Under the pieces are notes generated by a model. It was not told the DNA's origin. It saw only the letters and a program-made list of their open reading frames with translations, and made no database searches. Below are positions 38,692 through 50,407 of a DNA stretch of 64,000 bases, in pieces (the stretch's first letter is position 1; each line of letters opens with the position of its first letter). A program made the position numbers and the translations under genes. Source of the DNA: a virus (taxonomy: Duplodnaviria; Caudoviricetes); IMG/VR virus record IMGVR_UViG_3300038393_001822, positions 6,291-70,290 of that record; one strand, 5' to 3'.

Positions 38692-39915
38692 ATGGCAAAT
38701 ACATTTGAAATTATCGGTAAATTATCAATCTCAAAGGAAACTGAAAAATTTAAACCTTATGATTATCAAAGTTTCCCCAGTGGATGGGCTAGGGCAAGAT
38801 TACTATTTAACATTCAATCTGCTGAAAACAGACATATGTTAACAATTGAAGGAATGTTTAAGGAAGATGGAACAGGAAAGGTTTATACATTTACCAAAGG
38901 TGAAACTAACCCAACAACACACGAAAGAACCAAAGGAGAAAATATTCAAATCCCGTGGAAAGATCGTAATAAACCAGAAATCATTGAACAAATTGCAGAA
39001 TTTAAAAAGTATGTTGTTGATCTTGAACAATACGGAAGACGATATAAATTAGAAAATGCAATCACAAAGCATCAAGAAGGAACATTAACTGATGAAGAAT
39101 TAAAGGAACTTAATCTTGATGCTGAAGAATTGCAACAAGAATTAGAATTAAGTAAAAAACGAAGAAAAGAATTCTTATCTGAGTATGATTTTACAGAATA
39201 CCTTTATAAAATTATTTCATCAGACAAACTTAAAGATAAAGTATTTAAAATATCTGGTAATATCGTATATAAAGAATACAATGGTAAAATTTATAAATCA
39301 TTAGTTCCAAGTCGGTTGTATCTCGTTCCTAGTGATACAGAACAAACTTCAACTGGTCAAATTACCGTATTTTATAATAAAGAAAGTCTAGATGTAGGAA
39401 GTTATGAAGCAACTAAAAAATATTATATCAATGGTTTTGTACGTGAATATGATGGTCAACGAAAAGAAACTATTGCTATACCTATCCAATTAGTGCTTGA
39501 TGATACAAATGAAGATGAAAAAGCAAGTAAGACAGTAAAAGTATTAAAAAGACAATTTGAAGTTGATGATGATTCTTGGAAAGAATTCGGTGTAAAAGTT
39601 AGGTTATTAGATGGAGCACAAAAAGTAGAAATTACTGAAGATATGTTAACTGATTTCCAAAAAGAAATGCTTGAATTAGAGGCCATTACAATGGATGAGA
39701 TTCGTAGAGAAATAGGTGGAGATGTTTACGGAGATAAAGTACAAGAAATTGTAATTACAAATGTATCCAGAGGATTTACTAAAGGACGTAAAGATACTGT
39801 ATTTGTAGATAGTGATTTTGTGATTAAAGTAATTGAACCTGAACAAGAAGAAAATGAAGAAGTTGGAACTGTTGAAGATTTGGATGATCTTTCTGACTTA
39901 GACGATATTCTTTAA
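38692..39915 (+). CDS. YorF-like putative ssDNA-binding protein
   Basis: Acidic C-terminal tail DLDDLSDLDDIL; first gene of the replication block. Confidence 0.55.
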   Translation: MANTFEIIGKLSISKETEKFKPYDYQSFPSGWARARLLFNIQSAENRHMLTIEGMFKEDGTGKVYTFTKGETNPTTHERTKGENIQIPWKDRNKPEIIEQIAEFKKYVVDLEQYGRRYKLENAITKHQEGTLTDEELKELNLDAEELQQELELSKKRRKEFLSEYDFTEYLYKIISSDKLKDKVFKISGNIVYKEYNGKIYKSLVPSRLYLVPSDTEQTSTGQITVFYNKESLDVGSYEATKKYYINGFVREYDGQRKETIAIPIQLVLDDTNEDEKASKTVKVLKRQFEVDDDSWKEFGVKVRLLDGAQKVEITEDMLTDFQKEMLELEAITMDEIRREIGGDVYGDKVQEIVITNVSRGFTKGRKDTVFVDSDFVIKVIEPEQEENEEVGTVEDLDDLSDLDDIL

Positions 39916-39967
39916 TACATAAAGTTTATATAAAATTAATTTAATAAATAAGGGGAATGATATACAT

Positions 39968-41092
39968 ATGGCATTTAAAAAACCAGAGATTAACACTATT
40001 TCAACTGATATTCGTGATTTAAGTATTTATTTACGTTCACAAAAGAAATTCGGCAAATCAACTCTCGCGCGTGATGTTATTATTGAAAAATATGGTGATC
40101 CTGAAAAGGGATTATTGGTTTCACTCGGAGCTGAAATTGGATTTAAATTATTAGATAATTTAAATGTAGTACATATCGAAACTTATCAAGAATTAATGGA
40201 ATTAAAGAATTGGTTAGTAAAAGAAAAAAATAAAGAACATCAAATTGAATTAGTGGTATTTGATGTGGCAGAAGAAATAATTCCCATGTTTGAAAAAGAA
40301 GTAATTCGCTTATCTGTAATAGATACAAAGAAACCTTGTAAATCTATTAATCAAGCATATGGAGGTTATGGAGCAGGTCAAACTAAAGTAGTTGAACTAA
40401 TTAAAGATTACTTCCTAGAATTACGCAAAGCTGGATTTGGTGTATGGATGATTGGTCATACAAAATTCAGGACTATAAAGGAAAAAGGTAATATCGAGGA
40501 AGAAGGTTATATGCAATTAACTTCTAATCTACAATCTAATTATGAAGCTGCTTTTGGTGATGTATTTGATGTTACTTTCACAGGTTATATTGATCGTGAA
40601 GTAGAAGAAGAAACGGTTGGTGAAGGGGAATATGAAAAGAAAAGACGTAAAGCAACTGGTGAAATTAGAAAATTATATTTACGTTCAACTACTTTGATTG
40701 ATGCTGGTGGAAGATTTGCAATGGGTGCAGTTCCAGAATACATTGTTTTTGATAAACCTAATATGGCCAAAGAGTTTATTGAGGTGGTTGAAAAAGGCAT
40801 GGCACTTTCAAAGACTGGGGCATTAAATAATAAAGATGTGAAAGTGTTTGAACCAAAAGAAGAGCTTATAATCGAAGAACCTGAATCTGCGGAAGAAGAA
40901 TTATTAGAAACAGAACCTGAAATCGATATTGAACATAATAAAGAACTGAAAGCAAAAGTTGCAGGTAAGTTTAAAGTAGCAACAACTGAACAAAAGAAAC
41001 AAGTTAAAGAAATTTTAAGTACATATGGTGCTACTAAACTAGATGAAACAAAACCAACTCAAATGTTTGAAGAAATTTTAGCAATCCTATAA
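39968..41092 (+). CDS. AAA_24/Sak4-like ATPase (YorG-like)
   Basis: Walker A SQKKFGKST; VVFD; MIGHTK. Confidence 0.75.
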   Translation: MAFKKPEINTISTDIRDLSIYLRSQKKFGKSTLARDVIIEKYGDPEKGLLVSLGAEIGFKLLDNLNVVHIETYQELMELKNWLVKEKNKEHQIELVVFDVAEEIIPMFEKEVIRLSVIDTKKPCKSINQAYGGYGAGQTKVVELIKDYFLELRKAGFGVWMIGHTKFRTIKEKGNIEEEGYMQLTSNLQSNYEAAFGDVFDVTFTGYIDREVEEETVGEGEYEKKRRKATGEIRKLYLRSTTLIDAGGRFAMGAVPEYIVFDKPNMAKEFIEVVEKGMALSKTGALNNKDVKVFEPKEELIIEEPESAEEELLETEPEIDIEHNKELKAKVAGKFKVATTEQKKQVKEILSTYGATKLDETKPTQMFEEILAIL

Positions 41093-41150
41093 TTGAATAG
41101 GGAGGGAGTGATTCCTCCCTATTATCTTTTAACTAAAGGAGGAATTAACT

Positions 41151-41624
41151 TTGCTCGTTATTTGTAAAGGATGTAAGAAAAAAATTGATAGGGATAATGC
41201 TTATAAAGTAGTTGTCAAAGATAAGAATACTTACTATTGCAATTTACAAGAATACGAAACTATTAATATTGAAAAAGAGAGTAAAAATAAAGTCATTGAT
41301 CTTTCATTTGAACTAATTGGAAAAACAACAAATACGGCATTATTTAAAGAGTTAACAGAAATTGCAAAGGTTCATACATACACGAAGATACTAAAATATA
41401 TGGAAGAAAATATGCTTGATTTGGATGCAGCAATATGTGGGAACAGTCCATTTGTTCATGAATACGCAAAGATAAGGTACTTTGCTGCAATTATCAAAAA
41501 TCAAATTGGAGATTTTAAAGAGCAAGTTGAAGATACGGAAGTTCATGATTTTGATTATGTTGAAGAAGTAAAATACACACCAACAAAGAAAAAATCATTT
41601 ACAGATTTTATAGACGAATATTGA
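41151..41624 (+). CDS. YorH-like Zn-binding replication accessory protein
   Basis: CKGC...YYC; precedes the helicase. Confidence 0.55.
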   Translation: MLVICKGCKKKIDRDNAYKVVVKDKNTYYCNLQEYETINIEKESKNKVIDLSFELIGKTTNTALFKELTEIAKVHTYTKILKYMEENMLDLDAAICGNSPFVHEYAKIRYFAAIIKNQIGDFKEQVEDTEVHDFDYVEEVKYTPTKKKSFTDFIDEY

Positions 41625-41637
41625 TGGAGGATAACAT

Positions 41638-43200
41638 ATGAGTGAGTTTCTTACTGGTGTAAAAGAAAAATATCCCAAGGAATTACTTGAAGGTAGACTT
41701 GGCGTAGAAGGAAATACTGTATTTAGTTTTTGGAAAGACCCAAATCTATATAATGAATATAAAGAAATTACTCCTGATAATTTTCTAACTGAAGATGCAA
41801 GGTTTTACTTCTCACTTGGAAAGCAATTGAGTAAGTTATATAAAGTATTCGATGAAGTATCTATCATATCTTATTTAGGTGATAATGACACATTAATGAA
41901 TGGATTTAATGAACGTGGTGGATATGATGTTGTTTACAATACAATGGAAATGATAAATATGAGTAACGTTGAACAGTATATTGATGTATTAAACCGTGAA
42001 AACATCATACTTAAATTACATGAAGATGGATTTAATTTAACAAAGGAAATTACTATCAATAATAAAGAAATCATTCCAATTAAATTATTAAGAAAAATGA
42101 GTGCTGCTGAAACATTACAATTTTTTGAATCACGTATTTCAAATATAGGAATTAGAGTAAAGTCAAATGATATGGAAATTAGTGATTTAGGGATTGAAGA
42201 TAATTTTGAAGAACAGTTAGAAACTGGAATGTTAATGGGTATCCCCTTTGATATCGGTGGCTTTTCTCAAACTGATAATAAAGAAATATGGGCTTCTCCA
42301 TTGTTATCAAACATATCAATGGGCATTAATAAAGGTGAATTGACGCTGATCGGTGGTTTTAGTGGATCAGGTAAAACATCATTTTCCTTTTCAAACATTA
42401 TAATGCCAATGGTTTACCGAGGAGAACAAGTTGTTATAACTGCAAATGAGCAAAGAAAAATTGCTTGGCAAATATTAATTATGATTTACACTTTAGTTAA
42501 TCATTTTAAATACTTTAAACTTACCCGTAAAAAGCTGAAAAGTGGTCAATTTACTGATGAAGATAGAAAAATGATCCGTTTAGCAAAGAACTTTGTTAAT
42601 CAAAATTATAAATCGAGTATTAAATTTGTTAAGACATTTGATTATAATGTCAGAGATATTGTAAGGGAACAGAAACGATTACATCTTAATGAAGGATACT
42701 CAGCATTCTTGTATGATACATTTAAGGCCGAGGATTCCTCAGATATTGGAGCTGCTAGAGGATCTATGGTTGAAGATTCAAAAGCATTATTTCAATTCGC
42801 TTCAAAATATAATGTCCCACAGATCATTACTGCACAGTTAGCCACATATCTTGAAAAAACATCTTGGTTAACATCACAAACACTATCCAGCAGTAAACAA
42901 ACAAAAGAGGTATGTTCAGAAATTTTTCTTATGCGTAAGGTTGTAAATGAAATTGAATTGGATAAAACAAGCAAATATTATATGAATCCTTATCGTTTAA
43001 AACGTGATTCAAGTGGAAAGTGGAAAAAGGACTTTTTTGAAATTGATCATACCCTTGGTGGACAATTTAGGATTATGTTTGTTGATAAAACTAGGAATGA
43101 TGAAGATTCTGTAGCAATCTTATATAAATATGACGGTCACATTAACGTATGGCATGAATTGGGTTATTGTAAACCTTCACGGATTGATTTCTTAAAATAG
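41638..43200 (+). CDS. DnaB-like replicative helicase (YorI-like)
   Basis: GFSGSGKT Walker A; LYDTFK; TAQL. Confidence 0.85.
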   Translation: MSEFLTGVKEKYPKELLEGRLGVEGNTVFSFWKDPNLYNEYKEITPDNFLTEDARFYFSLGKQLSKLYKVFDEVSIISYLGDNDTLMNGFNERGGYDVVYNTMEMINMSNVEQYIDVLNRENIILKLHEDGFNLTKEITINNKEIIPIKLLRKMSAAETLQFFESRISNIGIRVKSNDMEISDLGIEDNFEEQLETGMLMGIPFDIGGFSQTDNKEIWASPLLSNISMGINKGELTLIGGFSGSGKTSFSFSNIIMPMVYRGEQVVITANEQRKIAWQILIMIYTLVNHFKYFKLTRKKLKSGQFTDEDRKMIRLAKNFVNQNYKSSIKFVKTFDYNVRDIVREQKRLHLNEGYSAFLYDTFKAEDSSDIGAARGSMVEDSKALFQFASKYNVPQIITAQLATYLEKTSWLTSQTLSSSKQTKEVCSEIFLMRKVVNEIELDKTSKYYMNPYRLKRDSSGKWKKDFFEIDHTLGGQFRIMFVDKTRNDEDSVAILYKYDGHINVWHELGYCKPSRIDFLK

Positions 43201-43210
43201 GGCTGATGTT

Positions 43211-44221
43211 ATGATTGAGTTGAAGAAACGATTAATGGATAATCCACATCATATAGAAAATATACTGGAGCATTATGATTTTTATAATATTGATGTTCGT
43301 AGTAGGGAAATTAGGTGTGGGATTGATGAAAAAACAAATAATACATCAGTTCGAATTAAACTAAATGAAAACTTGACTGCAAATGATTTTGGAAGAGACA
43401 TTCACGGTGACTTATTTAGTTTAATTATGAAAAGTAAAAAAGTTGATTTAAAAGATATTATACAAACAGTTAAGACAGAATTAGGAATTACATACATAGA
43501 ATTTAATAAACCAAAAAAGATATTTGGTGGATTTTACGATAGAATTAAACGTAGAAATCAAAATGCGATTGAATTAAAAAAGTATGATGAAGATATCATG
43601 AAGGATTACATTAACAAATATAATACTTTGTTTTTAAAGGATGGAATTAGTTTTTCTACACAGAGAAAGTTTAATATCGGTGTTGATCATTTGTCCTGTA
43701 GAATTTCAGTTCCGTGGTTCGATTATGAAGGATCTCTTGTGGGAATTGAAGGGAGATATATGGGAGATTACAAACAAGATGAAGTGTCTAAGTGGTTCCC
43801 AATTATTCCGTTCCCAAAAAGCCAAACTTTATTTGGTTACAATACAAATTATATTAACTTACAGGAAAGTGATGATATTTATGTTGGAGAATCATCTAAG
43901 TTTGTAATGCAACTTGATTCAATGAAAATATATAATTCATTGGCATTGGGCGGTAATTCAATACATAATCAACAAATTAAACAATTATCTTGGTTAAATC
44001 CAAAACGAATAATTTTCTGTTTTGATGAAGGACTGGAAGAGGAATTAATTCTTAGACAGATTGAAAAGACAAAGATATTACTTAAATTTTTTGAAATTAA
44101 AGTTGGGTTTGTTATAGATAGGGATCATAAGATACTTGAAAAAGGTAGTAAAAATTCACCATCAGATGTTGGTTTAGATGGTTTTAATGAATTAATAAAT
44201 AATTATGTAGAATGGGGATGA
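43211..44221 (+). CDS. DNA primase (Toprim; YorJ-like)
   Basis: YVGES, ALGG, FCFDEG. Confidence 0.8.
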   Translation: MIELKKRLMDNPHHIENILEHYDFYNIDVRSREIRCGIDEKTNNTSVRIKLNENLTANDFGRDIHGDLFSLIMKSKKVDLKDIIQTVKTELGITYIEFNKPKKIFGGFYDRIKRRNQNAIELKKYDEDIMKDYINKYNTLFLKDGISFSTQRKFNIGVDHLSCRISVPWFDYEGSLVGIEGRYMGDYKQDEVSKWFPIIPFPKSQTLFGYNTNYINLQESDDIYVGESSKFVMQLDSMKIYNSLALGGNSIHNQQIKQLSWLNPKRIIFCFDEGLEEELILRQIEKTKILLKFFEIKVGFVIDRDHKILEKGSKNSPSDVGLDGFNELINNYVEWG

Positions 44222-44225
44222 TTAA

Positions 44226-45038
44226 GTGGAGGAAAAGTATTCTTTTTCTAAGTTAGAAAACTTCCATAATTGTAGAAGAGGATATTATTATGATTATATT
44301 GCAGGACAAAGGGGAGGGGATAATATTTATTCCTTCCTCGGAACTATTACGCATGAATTAACACAATCAATGGTACAAAAACAAATAACTAATGATGAAG
44401 CAGTTCAACAATTTAAAGAAGCTGTTAATGATGCTGAAATGTTAGATTTAGCATGGATGAGTGAGAATGTAAGGAACAATTATATTTCCTGCATTACTCA
44501 CTTTTTAGAGAATTATAATCCAATCAACAATGATACAATTCGTATTGAAGACTATGTTGAAATTGAAATAATTGGTGTCATTATGAGGGGATATATAGAC
44601 TTATGGTATAGAATTGGAAATGAAATATACATAATTGACTTGAAAACCAGCACAAAGTTTAGTAAAAAGGATTTACCTAAAAAATCTAGGCAGCTTTTAT
44701 TTTACGGCCTTGCGTTAAGTGAAAAATATCCTGATTATAAAATTAATTTACAATTCAATATGCTAAAATACGTATTAAAAAATGGAAAATTAGTTGAACG
44801 AAATAAACTTGATATTTTCGATGAAGATTTACTGGATGGAATTGTGAATGTTGATTTTTCAAATGAAGCTGTTAATGAATTACAAGAATATATTACTAAT
44901 ACAGTAAAACAAATTAATTCAATAAATAAAAATGATATTGTTTATTGGGATATAGATTTAGATCCTACTAAAGACTTTTTTTGTAAAAATCTATGCTCAC
45001 ACAGAAACAAGTGTTTAGAACATTTAGGGAAGGTTTGA
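44226..45038 (+). CDS. PD-(D/E)XK nuclease (RecB/Cas4-like)
   Basis: SFSKL..F..C, GYIDL, IIDLKT, QLLFY, C-terminal Cys cluster. Confidence 0.8.
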   Translation: MEEKYSFSKLENFHNCRRGYYYDYIAGQRGGDNIYSFLGTITHELTQSMVQKQITNDEAVQQFKEAVNDAEMLDLAWMSENVRNNYISCITHFLENYNPINNDTIRIEDYVEIEIIGVIMRGYIDLWYRIGNEIYIIDLKTSTKFSKKDLPKKSRQLLFYGLALSEKYPDYKINLQFNMLKYVLKNGKLVERNKLDIFDEDLLDGIVNVDFSNEAVNELQEYITNTVKQINSINKNDIVYWDIDLDPTKDFFCKNLCSHRNKCLEHLGKV

Positions 45039-45045
45039 TGATTAA

Positions 45046-46944
45046 ATGGGTAAAAAACCTAGAATATTCTTCTACGATTTCGAAGTGTTCTCACGTTCAA
45101 AAGATCCGATTACCGGAAGAAGTTTCTGGTTAGTTGTATTTATTGAATACTCAACTAGAAAAGGTAAGGTAATTATCAATGACGATGAAGCACTAATTGA
45201 CTTCTATAATAAATATAAGAATGATATATTTATAGGCTTTAATAGTCGTAACTATGATGTGAATATTTTTAAGGGTTTATTATTAGGTATGGATGCTGGA
45301 TACATAAATGATAAATTAATTATTGATGGTAAAAAAGGTTACGAGGTAGTAAGGGATGGTTATAAATTAACACTTAATAATTTTGACATAATGCCAAATC
45401 CACCTGTTAGTTTAAAAACTCTTGAAGGTTTTATGGGAAGCATGATAAAAGAAACTGATATTCCTTTTGATTTGGATCGACCATTAACTGAAGATGAAAT
45501 TAAACAAACCATTAAATACTGTTTACATGATGTTCGTGAAACAATTAAAGTTTATGAAGCAAGGACAGAAGAGTTTGAAAGTCAATTAGGGTTAATTGAA
45601 ATGTTCAATCTTGATATGTCTTTGTTCAATAAAACAAAAGCTCAATTATCTGCTTATATTCTAGGTGCAGAAAAATATCCTAATCGTGGTGATGAATTTG
45701 ATTTCATTTTTCCTGAAACAATCAAATTAGATAAATATAAGTACATCAAAGAATGGTATGAAAATCCTGAAAATAGAAGATATGTTGATGATAAAGGTAA
45801 AAAGAATCAATTAGTTACAGAGATTGCAGGAGTTGAACATGTTTTAGGTTTTGGAGGCATACATGCAGCAGTACCTAATTATTACGGTGAAGGAATTATT
45901 CTTTGTTGTGATGTTGCCTCTCTATATCCAAGCATCATGATTAATTATGATTTTCTAAGTAGAAACGTAAAAGAACCTTTTAAATTCAAGGAAATTAGGG
46001 ATACTCGTTTAGATTTAAAAAAGAAAAAAGATAAAAAAGAAAAGCCATTAAAAGTTGTTATAAATGGAACTTTTGGAGCATCAAAAGATCAATTTAATGC
46101 TCTTTTTGATCCGTTAATGGCAAATAATGTATGTATAGCCGGACAATTATTATTAGTTGATTTAATTGAAAATGTTGAACCTTATTGTGAGCTAATTCAA
46201 AGCAACACTGACGGTATTTATATGAAGGTTGAAACCAAAGAAGATGTTGTTAAGATTAAAGAAGCAGCAAAAGAATGGGAAATCAGAACAGGACTTGACT
46301 TAGAGTGGGATGAGCATATAAAAATTTATCAGAAGGATGTAAATAATTATCTTCTGATTCCAGAAAAACTGTATGATGAAAAAGGTAAACCACGTTGGAA
46401 AACTAAAGGGGCATACGTTAAAAAGCTTAATGATCTTGATTATGATTTGCCAATAGTAAATAAAGCGTTAGTTAATTATTTCGTATTTGGAACACCAATT
46501 GAAGAAACAATTAACAAATGTGATGAATTAAGGGAATTTCAAAAGATTGTTAAGTTATCATCTGTATATAAAAATGCTTATAAGAATTGTACATTTTCAA
46601 AGAAAAAAGTTTTAAACGAAAAAACTGGAAAAATGGTAACAAAAGAAGTTTGGGATGAAAATGGTGATGTTCTAAAAGATAAAACTTTTAGAGTATTTGC
46701 CTCAACAAGAGAAAATGATGGAGCTATATACAAGAAAAAGGAAGATAAAAATCCTGAAAAATTTGCCAATACACCAGAAAAAGCATTTATTAATAATGAC
46801 GATATTAAAGGTGTAAAAATACCTGAGTATCTTGATAAACAATATTACATTGATCTATCTCAAGAACGAATCAATCAATTTCTTGGAATTAAAAAGAAAG
46901 CAACTAAGAAGAAAAAAGATGAAAAAAATTCAGAAAATAGTTGA
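45046..46944 (+). CDS. family-B DNA polymerase with 3'-5' exonuclease domain
   Basis: FYDFE exonuclease; DVASLYPS (A), KVVINGTFG (B), NTDG (C). Confidence 0.85.
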   Translation: MGKKPRIFFYDFEVFSRSKDPITGRSFWLVVFIEYSTRKGKVIINDDEALIDFYNKYKNDIFIGFNSRNYDVNIFKGLLLGMDAGYINDKLIIDGKKGYEVVRDGYKLTLNNFDIMPNPPVSLKTLEGFMGSMIKETDIPFDLDRPLTEDEIKQTIKYCLHDVRETIKVYEARTEEFESQLGLIEMFNLDMSLFNKTKAQLSAYILGAEKYPNRGDEFDFIFPETIKLDKYKYIKEWYENPENRRYVDDKGKKNQLVTEIAGVEHVLGFGGIHAAVPNYYGEGIILCCDVASLYPSIMINYDFLSRNVKEPFKFKEIRDTRLDLKKKKDKKEKPLKVVINGTFGASKDQFNALFDPLMANNVCIAGQLLLVDLIENVEPYCELIQSNTDGIYMKVETKEDVVKIKEAAKEWEIRTGLDLEWDEHIKIYQKDVNNYLLIPEKLYDEKGKPRWKTKGAYVKKLNDLDYDLPIVNKALVNYFVFGTPIEETINKCDELREFQKIVKLSSVYKNAYKNCTFSKKKVLNEKTGKMVTKEVWDENGDVLKDKTFRVFASTRENDGAIYKKKEDKNPEKFANTPEKAFINNDDIKGVKIPEYLDKQYYIDLSQERINQFLGIKKKATKKKKDEKNSENS

Positions 46945-46969
46945 CTATATATAATTAATTTAATATAAT
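46941..46969 (+). promoter_or_regulatory. sigmaA-type promoter of the repeated family
   Basis: ttgact-17-tataat with aattaattt spacer. Confidence 0.75.
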
Positions 46970-47015
46970 TAAGGTACAAAGTTAAGGGAAGAGGTGTTGA
47001 CGCTCATCCTGACGA

Positions 47016-47645
47016 GTGAGCAATTCTATGACTTATAAACAACTAGTGTTTACCGGAATAACTATAGCATTACTATTATCAAATTTCATTATTGGGGATC
47101 AATACATAAAAGACTCTAAATCATATGAATCAAAAATTAAGAATCAAAATAAAATAATTAAACAAACAAAAGAAATTAACTTGAAAAATAAACAAAAAAT
47201 TAAACAAAAAACAAATCAGATTAACGACCAGAAAAATCAAATTGATAATCAAAACAGTCAGATAAACCAATTAAATGATCAATTGAATCAAGTTAAGAAT
47301 GAGAATGATAATTTAAAAAAGCAATTGCAAGTTAGAAAGGAGATGAGAAAGAGATATTATACCGTTACATTTTACACTAACGGCTATGAATCAACTCAAA
47401 AGAAGACCGGAGATAAAGGATATGGAACTACTGCATCAGGAACAAAAGCAACTGCAGGAAGAACGATAGCAGCTCCTAAATCAATTCCATTTGGTACAAA
47501 AGTTTACATAGAAGGTATTGGAACTAGAATAGTAGAAGATCGTGGTGGAGCGATTGCGGATGGTCGTATTGATGTTTTTGTTAATGATATAAATACAGCA
47601 AGGAGTTTAGGAAAGCAAACTTTGCTTGTTGAGATATTGGATTGA
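47016..47645 (+). CDS. secreted coiled-coil 3D-domain cell-wall hydrolase
   Basis: TIAAPKSIPFGTKVYI, VEDRGGAI, IDVF. Confidence 0.85.
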   Translation: MSNSMTYKQLVFTGITIALLLSNFIIGDQYIKDSKSYESKIKNQNKIIKQTKEINLKNKQKIKQKTNQINDQKNQIDNQNSQINQLNDQLNQVKNENDNLKKQLQVRKEMRKRYYTVTFYTNGYESTQKKTGDKGYGTTASGTKATAGRTIAAPKSIPFGTKVYIEGIGTRIVEDRGGAIADGRIDVFVNDINTARSLGKQTLLVEILD

Positions 47646-48328
47646 GGAGGAATAACATGTTTGAGCAAAATGAGATCGTCATTTTAAATACTAATGCAGG
47701 TAAAGATTTATCAATGAGAATTGGCCAACGTGCAATCGTATTAGGAAAAACTAATTTTGCTTATCAGGACTATGATGTTGAATTTGATGATGCTGTAATT
47801 TTTCCAGTCAGTAAATCAGAATTAAATAAGTTAACTGAAGAGGAAAAAGAATTTATGGATTACATATTTACAGGAAATAAAGTACTTTGGAATGAAGAAA
47901 TTGTAACCATTGTAAAAGTGGATTATTTACATAAAAACGCAGAAATTAAATTTAATGATTATTCTGAAGTAGTAGTCAGTTTCGATGGTATTAAACAATT
48001 GGATATTGATATTGTTGAAGAACAAGGTATATTCACAAAACTCGGATTAGAAATTGGTAGTTTCACCGATGATAAGAATAAACAATATGGATCAAGTGTT
48101 GATGCTACATATGAAATGATGAAAGTATTAATGGAACGTTATACATATGATGAAGATAATTATTTAATTCCAAAAAGCTTAGTGAAACATATGCTGCTAA
48201 CAGTAAGAATGATGGATAAGCAAAATCGCATATTCAATAATCCATCCGGTATAGGTGATTCAGAATCCCCTTACCGTGACCTGTGTGGTTATTCCTTAAT
48301 TGGAATTAATATGGTCGAGGGTAAATAA
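47642..48328 (+). CDS. DUF1599/nucleotide-modification-associated domain protein
   Basis: KNKQYGSS...RMMDKQNR...ESPYRDLCGY. Confidence 0.6.
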   Translation: MRRNNMFEQNEIVILNTNAGKDLSMRIGQRAIVLGKTNFAYQDYDVEFDDAVIFPVSKSELNKLTEEEKEFMDYIFTGNKVLWNEEIVTIVKVDYLHKNAEIKFNDYSEVVVSFDGIKQLDIDIVEEQGIFTKLGLEIGSFTDDKNKQYGSSVDATYEMMKVLMERYTYDEDNYLIPKSLVKHMLLTVRMMDKQNRIFNNPSGIGDSESPYRDLCGYSLIGINMVEGK

Positions 48329-48366
48329 TTTAACATAAAAGAACTCTTTCATCAGGAGGATATAAA

Positions 48367-50362
48367 TTGAAATATTATGTATCATGTACTAATTCATCAT
48401 CTGAAAATATATTATTAAAGATCAAAGCAAATGATGAAATTGAAGCTAGAAATTATGCAATACTTAAATATAATGTTGTCAAGGTAAATAGGGTATCATC
48501 AACAAGACCTAAACGCAGCATTGATTCGGCTTATAATAAATTATCTCTTGGCAACCATCGATTTATTTAAATCAAAAGGGGATGGTTAAATGGTTTTCAA
48601 ATTTAGGATAGGTGATAAAGTTAAAACGGCTACAAATAGTGTTGGGGAAGTTAAATCTTGTAAATATGAACTTAATGAAAATAATGGAGTAATAATTGAA
48701 TCTAAACGGTATTATGTTAAATTTAGTCCTTATGATATTCGTTATATTGACGAGGATAAACTTAAAGAATTACATGAATTCGACTTTACTAAAAAGTTTG
48801 AAATAGGATTACTAAATTTATTGATTGATTTTTATCTATCTGAACGTAATTTCGACTTAGTTAAAAAATATGTACAATTAAAAAGAGAATATGAGGTGTG
48901 ATATGGGGAATATAACTATTTCAGAAGCTAAAAAGGACACATTGTTAAATTTAATTAATGAAGTAGAAAGTGAGTTAGTTGATTTTTTACATAATATTGA
49001 ATTTGATGAGTCAGTACCAGATGAAGTATGGGATCATCTTGATCAAAAGTCTGCAAATATATTTTCTAAACTTAATAATCTTAGAGATTCAATTATATTT
49101 TCATAGAAATAGGTTGACATACATAAGTAATTATATTAATATTAAATTATACCAAATGAGAGTGATTTTACCGTCACTCTCTTACATAAAGGAGATGTTT
49201 AGTATGAATAGTAAATTAAAAGAATTTTTAGAACAACTAAAGGAAGTTGATCGTAAAATTGAAGAACTGGAAGAGCTTCGGGAATCATTATATTCAAGAG
49301 TTGATGAAGAGTTAGAGTCTGGTGAAGCCTTAATTGATTAATCGTATTTGTGATATATGTAAAGAAATTAATAATGAAGATAACTGGGTAATTAAGTTAT
49401 CTGATGAAAAGGAATCAATTGAATTAAATGGACATCAGAAATGTATTGATAAATATTATTATATTATTAAAAATGTTAAAAGTCTACATAGTAAAAAAAT
49501 TAAACAAGTTTTAGAGGAAATTAATTTAAGGAGGTGATAATATGCTACCAACAATGTTCGATGAGACAATGTTTTCAATTGGGGAGATCAGTGAATTGAT
49601 TTATACAGCTTTAAATGGAGAAGATGAAGAGTAAAAATAAATAATTTAATAATAAATATTGTATAAATGTAATTAATTTGATATTATAAGAATTTACCAT
49701 TTAAGGTGGTGTTGCCTATGATTGTCGGTTAATTAGTTTAATAGAATAAAATATTACTATAAAGAGGAGAATTAATACATGAATAAGTTTTTTGGCAAAA
49801 AGAAGAATAATACAGGATTGAATAGTTTAGGAAATAAAATTGAATGGAAAAATGTACCTCATGAAGCAGACTTTGATCCATATAAAATTTGGTATGGAAT
49901 CATTAAAGTTGGAGAAAAAAGCTACAAAGTAGAATATCAATCCAAGTTTCGTTCAGAAGTTCAGGCTATTTTCCAAGAGGAAGCAAGATTAAGTCACGGA
50001 AAGTTAGAATACATTGGTACATACAAATAATAAAGGTGGTCGATTATATGACCTTATACGTTGATAGAAGACACTTGTTCGACATTAAACGTGTTGATGA
50101 AGATGGTTTTGAAATGACAAGAGCAGGAGAAGTTCCTGTTTCAGCCGGAGATATAATCATCACGAATGAGTACGGTAGAGTTGGAGTAGTAAGTGAAGAA
50201 TATTTTAATGAGAATTACATACCGGTTGAAGAGGTACAGAAAAAGAGTTCATTCGCAGCTACATATGCACAATCATTAATGGGATTTAGCTTAGAAAGCA
50301 ATTTTGAAGATGATAAGTACATAAGTAAAACGAAATCGATTCATAAAATTGAAATTAAATAA
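48367..50362 (+). other. run of small hypothetical CDS (48367-48570, 48590-48901, 48891-49106, about 49204-49341, 49334-49537, 49779-50030, 50036-50362)
   Basis: ORF track; RBSs present. Confidence 0.6.
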
Positions 50363-50407
50363 TACCAAAATGTAAATAAACAAATAATAATTATGAGGTG
50401 TTGTTAG

